In this document: one piece after another, positions 36,072 through 43,832 of the stretch | Layout of the letters: every line of letters starts with the position of its first letter | How positions within the stretch are numbered: the stretch's first letter is position 1 | DNA from: an uncultured Victivallaceae bacterium | GTDB taxonomy: Bacteria > Verrucomicrobiota > Lentisphaeria > Victivallales > Victivallaceae | DNA: 46,129 bases | Assembly: GCA_964599205.1 (NCBI GenBank) | Contig: CAZRFG010000001.1 | Coordinates: 1 to 46,129, forward strand | Reading direction: 5' to 3' | The notes under the pieces: generated by a model | Seen by the model: only the letters and a program-made list of their open reading frames with translations | Told to the model about the DNA's origin: nothing | Databases searched by the model: none | Made by a program: the position numbers and the translations under genes

Positions 36072-37322
36072 TCAGTCGTTGAGAATCTTGCCCGGCACGC
36101 TGTTGAATTCGCCGCTGCCGGGGACAAAAGGATATCTGGCGATGGTCGCATCGGTCAATTCGATGCCCAGCCCCGGTTTTTCCGGAGCGGTGAGAAAGCC
36201 GTCTTTGAGCTGGAAGCTGTCGCCGATCACTTCGTAATGCAGCGGCCCGTAAGCCGGCGCGGCCTCGACGATCCGGGTGTTGGGACAAGCAAAAGCGCAA
36301 TGGATGTTCTGCATCTGCGAGCCGCCCGCGCCCCAGGCGTGGGGAGCCACCTGCGAATTGGCGGCGGCGAGCATCGCGGCGACCTTCATAAACTGCGAGA
36401 GCCCGGCGGTGAACGAGGCGTCGGGCTGGCCGATGCGGAATGCGCCGCGCTCGATGAACGTCTGCCACTCGCAGACCGCGGTCAGGCACTCGCCGCCGGC
36501 GATCGGCGTGGTGGTCCGCCGGGTCAGCTCGCCGTACCAGTCCGGCCTGGTGTAGTGAAGCGGCTCCTCGAGAAACACCAGATTGAAAGGTTCGAGCGCC
36601 CGCGCCACCGCCAGCGCGGTGTCGAAATCCCAGGTCGCGGCCGAGTGGTTGCCCATGTGGGCGTCGAACATCAGCCACAAATCGCTGCCGAAGCGCCGCC
36701 GCAGAAAAGAGCATTTGGCCGCTTCAAAATCCGCCGCCCCGGCGGGATCGGCGGCGATCTCCGACCCGGTCCCGGGGGTGAAGGAGCCGCAGCCCAGTTT
36801 GACTCCCTTGAAACCGCAGGACTGATAAAATTCGACCTTGCCCGCCAGCATGTCGAGCGGGTAGTTGCTCGGCCCCCCGGTGGCATAGGCCGGAAGCCTG
36901 CGGTGACCGGTGAAATCCGCCGCCCCGGGGAAGCGGTCGCGCCACGTTTCGAGCAGCAGCCGGTAGACCGGCAGGCCGTGGATTTTGCCGCGCAAATCCC
37001 ACAGCGCGGCGTCGATTCCGGCGAGCACGGTCGCGCCCAGTCCGACCCGGCACCAGAAGTTGCCGCAGTGGTACATCCGTTCCCAGAGGAGGTCGCTCTC
37101 CTCGGGATCCTGCCCCAGCAGGATCGGCTTGAAAAAGTCGACGATCGCGGGCACCCCCTCCGGAAAGAAATAACCGGCGTAGGTTTCACCGAGTCCGACC
37201 AACCCGCTGTCGGTTTCGATCCGGATAAAGGCGGCGCTGCGGCGGGAGCGTGCCGCCGAGAGATAGGGATCGCCGGTGCACGGCCCGGTGAGGAGAATGG
37301 TTTTGACATCGAGGATTTTCAT
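36072..37322 (-). CDS. Enolase-superfamily (mandelate racemase/muconate lactonizing enzyme family) acid-sugar dehydratase-like protein
   Basis: IRIETDSGLVGLGET, MFDAHMG, FLEEPL, PIAGGE (three metal-ligand contexts), and APHAWG. Confidence 0.8.
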   Translation of the reverse strand: MKILDVKTILLTGPCTGDPYLSAARSRRSAAFIRIETDSGLVGLGETYAGYFFPEGVPAIVDFFKPILLGQDPEESDLLWERMYHCGNFWCRVGLGATVLAGIDAALWDLRGKIHGLPVYRLLLETWRDRFPGAADFTGHRRLPAYATGGPSNYPLDMLAGKVEFYQSCGFKGVKLGCGSFTPGTGSEIAADPAGAADFEAAKCSFLRRRFGSDLWLMFDAHMGNHSAATWDFDTALAVARALEPFNLVFLEEPLHYTRPDWYGELTRRTTTPIAGGECLTAVCEWQTFIERGAFRIGQPDASFTAGLSQFMKVAAMLAAANSQVAPHAWGAGGSQMQNIHCAFACPNTRIVEAAPAYGPLHYEVIGDSFQLKDGFLTAPEKPGLGIELTDATIARYPFVPGSGEFNSVPGKILND

Positions 37323-37324
37323 AG

Positions 37325-40072
37325 TCAGCGTTTTTCGCTTATTTTGAGGTCGTCGATCAGCACCGTCGCGCCGGCGACGCTTCCGGCGGGGGTGAAGCTG
37401 ATCCGGTCGACGCCGCTTTCGCCGTTCATATTCATCATGCCCGGAGCGTTCACCCGTTTGCCGTCAAGTTCGAGCGCGACGCCGCAGGTCCGCAGATTGA
37501 CGTTGCTGAAAATGATCAGCCTGGCCCATTTGCCGTCGGGAATTTTGACCCCGGCACGCTCCCATTTGGCGCTCGCGTGGTTGCGGAGCGCGATTTCGCC
37601 GTCGGGACCGACCAGCACTTCGACAACCTTGTTGCCGGCCGCGCCGGCGCCGGCGACAAACGCGCTTTCGGGATCGCGGCGGATCATCATTTCAACTTCA
37701 AAGTCGGCTCCGGCGACCACTCCGCCGGTGACCCAGCCGAGGATATCGCCGCCGCCCCGCTTCACCGCCAGCGACTGCCGGCCGGAAAATGCGGCTTCGT
37801 CGGTAATGCGGGCTCCCTTGTCGGGATTGAGCGCTCCCCACCGGCCGGAGCCGCGCTTGACGTCGCCGACGATCCCGGCGGTTGCGGGAGTGAAGAGCTT
37901 GGGGTCGTCGAAGTTCTGGCTCAGGCGCTCGACTTTCTGATCTTTGAGCAGCGCCGGACGCATAGCGTAGAGCCGGTCATTCTCCTGCGGCGAGATCAGA
38001 TTGAACGCATTGGCCTCGTGGTCGACCTTTTCCCGGTAGGCGAGGATGCGCCAAGCGTAGTCGGCAAGGCGCTTGTCGCTGCCGTTGTTCATCAGCTTGG
38101 TCAGCACCGCTTCGCCGTCGCGGCCGCAGTAGAGGAAGGCTTCGCCGATGGCGCGGTAGCCCCATTCCAGATCGGAGGGCTGCTTGCCGTCGCCGTAGGC
38201 GCGGAAAGCCTTCTCCAGTGCGGCGAGGATTTCCACCTTGGCGGCGATCGCCGCGGGGTCGTTGCGCTTGACCAGCTGGCCGAGCGAAACCGCGGCGCGG
38301 TCGCGGATGGCGGCGTCAGGGTTTTGATTCAGCACTTCGAGCAGCAGCGCCACCGCCGGCTTGGAATTGGGGATCCCGGCGAGGTTGAACGCGGCGGTAT
38401 AGCGCGGGAACCGTTCGGAATCGTTCAGCCGTTCGCGGTAAAAATCGACCATGTCGGGCGACGGATGAGCCTGAAGAATCCGCAAAGCCACATTGCGGAC
38501 GGCGCCATTGGGATGGCTTTTGGCGACCGCCATGATTTTTTCCTTGGGGAACGGCTTCATCCGGGGAATGTAGCTGCGGGCCATCTCCCACTCGGGATGG
38601 TTGCCGAGTTTGTCGAGCGAGTCAAAGAGCTTGTCGAGCGACTGTTCGCCGTGGACGGTGGAGAGCGCCGCGATCGCCTTGCTCCGGACCCCGGTTTCCG
38701 GGCTGAAAAGCGCGGCTTCAACCACCGGCGCGGCCTTGGGGTCGCCGATCACCTGAAGCGCGTTGAGGGCCAGCCGCTGCAGGACGATATTGTCCGATTG
38801 CGCCGCCAGCGGCATCACTTCGTCGGACGTCGCCTTGGAAGTGCCGGAAATCACTTGCGAGAGGAAACGCATCTGCGCAAACTTGTCGCCTTTTTTGAGC
38901 GCTTCGACGGTCTGCTCGGGGATGATGCCGCGCATCATGAACTGCTGATCCTCGTTGAGCGCCGCAATCATTTCGACATTTTTGGCGCGGAAAGGCTGCC
39001 AGGCGGCGTCAAACGGCGACGACGTGACCACGCCGACCGTGACCGGCGTGCCCCGGGCGGCCCAGAGAAACTCCTCGGCGGTGCGGTACTGGCTGCGGCG
39101 GGCGGCGGCGCCGTAGACGAGCAGCTTGTCGACGATGCCGTCCTTGATCCAGGTTTGAAAATCCATATACATGGCGCCGATGGTCGAGTGGGAATGGGGC
39201 AGCGTGGCCCAGGTCATCGGGTATTCGGGGCGGTCGGCGCTCATGAAAACCCCGAGTTTGCCGCCGAGCTTGTTGAGCTCGGCCTTGAGTTCCCGCAAAT
39301 AAGCGGTGACGTACTCGCCGCGCAGCCGGTGCCAGTCGTACTTGCTGGCGTATTTGGTGAACTCCTGGGTGCGGATGTCGATCCCGTAACGGCTTTTGAA
39401 TTCCTGGACGATCGGTTCGCTGTAGCCGTACTCATCCTCGAAGCGCAGCGAGAAGTTCTCGACATAGGTGAGAAACACCATCCCGCTGTAACCGGCTTCC
39501 TTGTAAATTTGGATATGAAGGTCGATCAGCGCCTTGCGCGCTTCGGGGTAGGCCAGTTCGATGGTGCCGCCCTGGCGGCGCTTGCCGTACTTGTCGACCG
39601 GCACCCACTCCGGATGTTCGATCCGGAGCTTGGACTCGTTGGAGAACGGGAAATCGTTGAAACACGGGGTGTCGGCGCTCGAACCCCAGTCGCCGAGGGT
39701 GGAAACGCCCCAGACTTCGATGCCGAGCTTTTTGGCCTGTCGGACGATGGTCGGCTCCATCTGCCGGTCGATGATCAGATGGCACGACCATTTGCGGGAG
39801 CTGTTAATCCGGAAGTTGTCTTCGCGGGCGATCGATTTGTAAGCCCAGGCGGCCTCCTGCATGCCGCGCCAGTAGATGATTTTGGTGCCGAGCGCGTGTT
39901 TGAGCATTTCGAGGCCGTCGTACAGCGATTTTTCGGAATCCATCGCCAGCGAGTCGCCGAGGAAGTGGCTGTCACCGCTGCTGATGTAGGCGTTGCTGCT
40001 GTCGTCGCCGCCGGCGGCGAAAGCGCTCCAGGTCAGCAGACCGAGGCCCAGGGCCAGAATCGATTTCTTCAT
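37325..40072 (-). CDS. Secreted multidomain protein: TIM-barrel glycoside-hydrolase-like N-terminus, HEAT/PBS-lyase-like repeats, C-terminal jelly-roll module
   Basis: Signal peptide MKKSILALGLGLLTWSAFAA. N-terminal ~330 aa read ..IIYWRGMQE..LGIEVWGV..GMVFLTYVENF... The middle has repeated ..AVRNVALRIL.. / ..AIRDRAAVSLGQL.. helices. The C-terminus ends in VLIDDLKISEKR. Confidence 0.6.
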   Translation of the reverse strand: MKKSILALGLGLLTWSAFAAGGDDSSNAYISSGDSHFLGDSLAMDSEKSLYDGLEMLKHALGTKIIYWRGMQEAAWAYKSIAREDNFRINSSRKWSCHLIIDRQMEPTIVRQAKKLGIEVWGVSTLGDWGSSADTPCFNDFPFSNESKLRIEHPEWVPVDKYGKRRQGGTIELAYPEARKALIDLHIQIYKEAGYSGMVFLTYVENFSLRFEDEYGYSEPIVQEFKSRYGIDIRTQEFTKYASKYDWHRLRGEYVTAYLRELKAELNKLGGKLGVFMSADRPEYPMTWATLPHSHSTIGAMYMDFQTWIKDGIVDKLLVYGAAARRSQYRTAEEFLWAARGTPVTVGVVTSSPFDAAWQPFRAKNVEMIAALNEDQQFMMRGIIPEQTVEALKKGDKFAQMRFLSQVISGTSKATSDEVMPLAAQSDNIVLQRLALNALQVIGDPKAAPVVEAALFSPETGVRSKAIAALSTVHGEQSLDKLFDSLDKLGNHPEWEMARSYIPRMKPFPKEKIMAVAKSHPNGAVRNVALRILQAHPSPDMVDFYRERLNDSERFPRYTAAFNLAGIPNSKPAVALLLEVLNQNPDAAIRDRAAVSLGQLVKRNDPAAIAAKVEILAALEKAFRAYGDGKQPSDLEWGYRAIGEAFLYCGRDGEAVLTKLMNNGSDKRLADYAWRILAYREKVDHEANAFNLISPQENDRLYAMRPALLKDQKVERLSQNFDDPKLFTPATAGIVGDVKRGSGRWGALNPDKGARITDEAAFSGRQSLAVKRGGGDILGWVTGGVVAGADFEVEMMIRRDPESAFVAGAGAAGNKVVEVLVGPDGEIALRNHASAKWERAGVKIPDGKWARLIIFSNVNLRTCGVALELDGKRVNAPGMMNMNGESGVDRISFTPAGSVAGATVLIDDLKISEKR

Positions 40073-41487
40073 TTGCCTTGCGTCCTTATTTGGTTGAGAA
40101 GGGCCTGAGCCTTCGCTTTGAGGGTTTCGTCACTGATTTTTTCGGCGCTGAACCCGACCGTCGCGGGCGCATCGGCGATTTTGCCGAAACTTGAGGTACG
40201 GTCGCCGGTGGCGGCGGCGAACGGCCCGGCGGCATAGAACGCATTCTTGCCCGAGCGCAGCGCGCGAATCGCAAAGTAGTTGCCGGAAGTCGTCCCGAGC
40301 GAGCCCTCTTTGCAGACGATGCTGTTGCCGCAATCAACCAGCAGCGTGTTTTCCAAATTGAGTTTGGTGTTGTTGACCGACCAGTCGAGATTGAAGAAGC
40401 TGCTGTTGCGGATGGTCACGGTCGAATTGCCGTAGAGCCGGCCGATGGTGTCGCCGCCCCGGCGGCCGATGAAGAGCAAATTGTCGAGCTCGACGCTCTG
40501 TTCGCTGTCGGGTTTGGGCGACTCGACCACCAGCTGCTTGCCGCCGTTGCCGATGATGACGGCGTTTTTGATCCCGTGAGCGGACTTGCCGCTGCGCTCG
40601 AGCAGGAAGTAAAGGTCGACGCCGACGATATTTTCGATCAGCACGTCTTCGTAAAAGGTCTCGCTGTTGCCGGTGTCGCAGATCCCGGTGCCGTTGCCGG
40701 AGGAGTAGAATCCCTTGATCTTCGCTCCCGAACCGGCGTGGGCGCTGATGCCGTCGTCGCCGCAGTCAACGGCGCGAATGTTTTCGAGCCGCAGATTTTT
40801 GCCCTCTCCGCTCAGACCGTAGCCGTCGTTGTAGACGTGAGTGGCGGTGAGGTTTTTGATCGTCACGAAATCGGCGGTGTGGTGGATCGACACGCCGTTG
40901 GCGCGGACCGGAATTTCAATGCGGTAGTCGGCGAGCTTTTTGGCCGGATCGATCTTGAGGTAAAAGGCTTTTTCGGCGGCGACAAACGTCCACTCCGCCT
41001 CCTGGAGCGCCGGCGGCTCCTTGAGCGGGGCGGATTTGCCTTTGAGGCAGGTGCCCATCCGGTTCATCTTGCCGTCAAAGACAAAGAAGTAACGCCAGAT
41101 GACTTCCTTGTTGAACTTGTACTGATCATAGATGGTGCCGTTTTTGTAAAGCCCCGGCCCGACCGGCTGCCAGTCGGCTTCATTGAGGGGATCGGCGCCG
41201 CTGATGGTGGCGCCGTGGCCGTCGACGGTCAGGCGGGCGTCGGCGCGCCCGGCGCTCTGGGTGAAGCTGAACGATTCCCGGTAGACCTTGCCGGTATCGG
41301 CGAGGTGGATGGTGTCTCCGGCGGCGGCCAGCGTCCGGGCTTTGGCGATGGTGAGCAAAGCGGCGCTCTCGCTGTCTCCGGCGGCGGCGTCACTGCCGTC
41401 GCGGTTGTTGACATAAATATCTTTGGCGGCAAGCATTCCTGAAATCAGCAACAATCCGGCAGCGATCCGTAACCCGGCTCTTTTCAT
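40069..41487 (-). CDS. Secreted right-handed parallel beta-helix repeat protein (pectate-lyase-fold, polysaccharide lyase/hydrolase-like)
   Basis: Signal peptide MKRAGLRIAAGLLLISGMLAA. IYVNNRDGSDAAAGDSESAALLTIAKA..GDTIHLA opening, then repeated N/G-rich beta-helix turns. Confidence 0.7.
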   Translation of the reverse strand: MKRAGLRIAAGLLLISGMLAAKDIYVNNRDGSDAAAGDSESAALLTIAKARTLAAAGDTIHLADTGKVYRESFSFTQSAGRADARLTVDGHGATISGADPLNEADWQPVGPGLYKNGTIYDQYKFNKEVIWRYFFVFDGKMNRMGTCLKGKSAPLKEPPALQEAEWTFVAAEKAFYLKIDPAKKLADYRIEIPVRANGVSIHHTADFVTIKNLTATHVYNDGYGLSGEGKNLRLENIRAVDCGDDGISAHAGSGAKIKGFYSSGNGTGICDTGNSETFYEDVLIENIVGVDLYFLLERSGKSAHGIKNAVIIGNGGKQLVVESPKPDSEQSVELDNLLFIGRRGGDTIGRLYGNSTVTIRNSSFFNLDWSVNNTKLNLENTLLVDCGNSIVCKEGSLGTTSGNYFAIRALRSGKNAFYAAGPFAAATGDRTSSFGKIADAPATVGFSAEKISDETLKAKAQALLNQIRTQGK

Positions 41488-41520
41488 GAAAACCACCTTT
41501 CTTGATTGATCTGCGAGGTA

Positions 41521-41549
41521 AGTATACAATACATTAAATCAAATGTCAA
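41521..41549 (-). promoter_or_regulatory. sigma70-type promoter of the 18-kb minus-strand operon
   Basis: On the minus strand, TTGACA (41549-41544), 17-nt spacer, TATACT (41526-41521). It lies 34 nt upstream of the ATG at 41487. Confidence 0.65.
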
Positions 41550-41739
41550 ACCCATATCGCGAAAAATTTCTATTTTTTTTGGATTGATTCGATCTCAAGC
41601 GCCCTGCCCCGGGATCGGAAACAATTCATTTATATATTGAATCGCTTCGAGTTATCTACCCATGGCTCGGGCCTTTCGACCAAAACAAGACGATTTAAAA
41701 TTTTTTTCGAAAAAAAACAAAGTTTACCCTATTTCGCCC

Positions 41740-41768
41740 TTGACATCGATCATCAAGTGTACTATACT
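41740..41768 (+). promoter_or_regulatory. sigma70-type promoter of the pilin-like/regulator genes
   Basis: TTGACA (41740-41745), 17-nt spacer, TATACT (41763-41768). It lies 72 nt upstream of the ATG at 41841. Confidence 0.65.
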
Positions 41769-41840
41769 TTACCCGGAAAAAGCAAATACACTATTGGGAT
41801 TGTGGCGCTTTTACGTTGACTAACCAAGGAAAAGACGAAG

Positions 41841-42608
41841 ATGAGAAAAACGTTTACGCTGATTGAACTCCTCGTCGTGGTGGCGATCATCGCCATTCTC
41901 GCCGCCATGCTGCTGCCGGCGCTGAGCAAGGCCCGGGAGAGAGCCCAGGCCACCAAATGTCTCAGCAATCTCAAACAGTGCGGCACCGGCTGGCTGCTCT
42001 ACGGCAACGACTGGCAGGGCTACATGCCGCTCAATTATCCCGACCAGACTTTTGCCGTCGCCGGCGGCGGCACCATCATCAACGGCTGGGACTCCTTTGT
42101 CGGCCCGTGGCGCAACTCCGGCAAGACCATTCCGTCCGGCGGGTACGTCAAAAACACCGCATGTTTGCGCTGTCCGGGCATTACCAAGGTCAACACCTAC
42201 AGCCTGGGCCGTGTTTACGGCGCGATGCATATAAATACCTCGCCGCAGCGCCGCCCCGAAGACTGGTGGCGCTACCGGATGGTCGCCGGCGTCGTCCAGT
42301 ACTGGCCGAAAAGTCCGAGCAAAAACTATGCCCTGACCGACTCGATCGTGCTCCAGGGCGGCGCCAAGGGCGACCAGTTTGCCGGTGTCGACCTTGCTCA
42401 GCCCCCGGCTTCACTGACCCGCACCATCCACATGCGCCATCCCGGTAAAACCGCCAACGCCTGGATGCTCGACGGCTCCGCCAAGGCGATGTCGCGCGAG
42501 GAACTGATCAAATGGCCGAGCGGCAGCATCGGCGTCGGCCAGGCGCTCTACGGCGGCAGCCGCGCTCCCGAGATGCCGGACAACCTGGAGTTCGGCGAAG
42601 TCAAGTGA
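41841..42608 (+). CDS. Prepilin-type N-terminal cleavage/methylation domain protein, H-X9-DG-like family
   Basis: N-terminus [29 protein letters not shown]-terminal [16 protein letters not shown] is H-X10-DG, one residue longer than the canonical spacing. Confidence 0.8.
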   Translation: MRKTFTLIELLVVVAIIAILAAMLLPALSKARERAQATKCLSNLKQCGTGWLLYGNDWQGYMPLNYPDQTFAVAGGGTIINGWDSFVGPWRNSGKTIPSGGYVKNTACLRCPGITKVNTYSLGRVYGAMHINTSPQRRPEDWWRYRMVAGVVQYWPKSPSKNYALTDSIVLQGGAKGDQFAGVDLAQPPASLTRTIHMRHPGKTANAWMLDGSAKAMSREELIKWPSGSIGVGQALYGGSRAPEMPDNLEFGEVK

Positions 42609-42638
42609 CGGATGCTTTCCGGACCTGTCCGCCGCCGG

Positions 42639-42649
42639 TGTATAATACA
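42639..42649. promoter_or_regulatory. Perfect 11-bp palindrome TGTATAATACA (candidate GntR-type operator, contains TATAAT)
   Basis: Identical to 22181-22191. It lies 43 nt upstream of the ATG of regulator paralog R2. Confidence 0.5.
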
Positions 42650-42691
42650 ATTCTATCGATCAAAAAAAATATCCTCAAGACTTAATTCTCC

Positions 42692-43780
42692 ATGAATAAA
42701 AAAATCGTCACCTGCGACGAAGTCAAACCGAAGATTCTCGACAACATCCGCCGGAACCGGATCCGGGCCGGCCAGCGGCTGCCGTCGTTCCGGGCGCTGG
42801 CCCGGGAGTTCGGCTCGAGCATCCCGACCGTCCAGCGGGCGGTGTCGATGCTGGTGAGCGAAGGACTGCTCACCAGCAGAGTCGGCTCCGGCACGTATGT
42901 CTCCAAGTCGTCGCCGCCGTCCAGCAAATTCGTCGGAGTGCTGATGCCCCACATTCCGCCGAATGCGGGAAATTTCATGACCGACGCCTTTGTCAGCATG
43001 CGCAAAATCCTGCTTGACCACGGCTATTTTCCGGTCAGCGTCGAGCCGACCCCGAACACCTCGGGGCAGGTCCGGGACCGCGAGGAGCTCGAATTGATCC
43101 GGAAACTGGTCAGTCAGGGCATGGCCGGCATCATCGTCGACTCCTGCGCCGATGAGGCCTCGCCGATCTGGCGGGAACTCCAGTTGCTCAATATCCCGGT
43201 GCTTTGCTTCAACAACAGCGGCAGGGGTGCGGGCAACCTCGACTGCGTCAGCGCCAACAACTATCAGGGCGGGGTGCTGGCGGCGGAGCGGCTGCTCGCT
43301 ACCGGACGCCGCGCACCGGTGATCGTATCCGACCCCTTTGACGGCAGCAGTTCGGTCCGGGACCGGATCCGCGGCTTCATTGAAACCATGCGCGAGGCGG
43401 GCGTCGCAGTAGCCCCCGATGCGATCATCCCCTGTGCCGAACTGCTCGACGGCAAAGGAACGGACGATGCGGCCGCAGTTCGGTTTCGCGCCGCCGACGC
43501 GGTTTTCGGCATCAATGACGGGATGGCGATCATCGCGATGAAGTTTTTGCAGCGGACCGGGAGACGGATTCCGGCCGATGTCGCGGTGATCGGCTTTGAC
43601 GACAGTGAGCTCTGCGAACACGTGACGCCGCGACTCGACAGCGTCCGCCAGGCCAGCGCCCACATGGGCCGGCGCGCCGCCGAATTGCTGCTGGAGAGAA
43701 TCGAAAACCCCGCCAACCGGGCCGACACCATTCAACTGAAAACCATGGTTTCGCTGGTTATCCGCGACTCGGTCAAATAA
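42692..43780 (+). CDS. Hybrid regulator: GntR-type HTH plus LacI/PBP-type sugar-binding domain (paralog R2)
   Basis: LPSFRALAREFGSSIPTVQRAVSMLVSEGLLTSRVGSGTYV. The sensor-domain motifs VGVLMP, MAGIIV, GINDGMA and VIGFDD are colinear with R1. Confidence 0.85.
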   Translation: MNKKIVTCDEVKPKILDNIRRNRIRAGQRLPSFRALAREFGSSIPTVQRAVSMLVSEGLLTSRVGSGTYVSKSSPPSSKFVGVLMPHIPPNAGNFMTDAFVSMRKILLDHGYFPVSVEPTPNTSGQVRDREELELIRKLVSQGMAGIIVDSCADEASPIWRELQLLNIPVLCFNNSGRGAGNLDCVSANNYQGGVLAAERLLATGRRAPVIVSDPFDGSSSVRDRIRGFIETMREAGVAVAPDAIIPCAELLDGKGTDDAAAVRFRAADAVFGINDGMAIIAMKFLQRTGRRIPADVAVIGFDDSELCEHVTPRLDSVRQASAHMGRRAAELLLERIENPANRADTIQLKTMVSLVIRDSVK

Positions 43781-43832
43781 TCGCGCCGGAGCGGAAACCG
43801 ATCTCCGGCCCACATCCGTGAAAGGCGCCAAG

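Noticed and set aside
41637-41819. 60-codon ORF inside the divergent promoter region
   Set aside because: It spans both the T7-CG-A8 element and the TTGACA/TATACT promoter hexamers. It is AT-rich with no RBS, so it is regulatory DNA rather than a gene.
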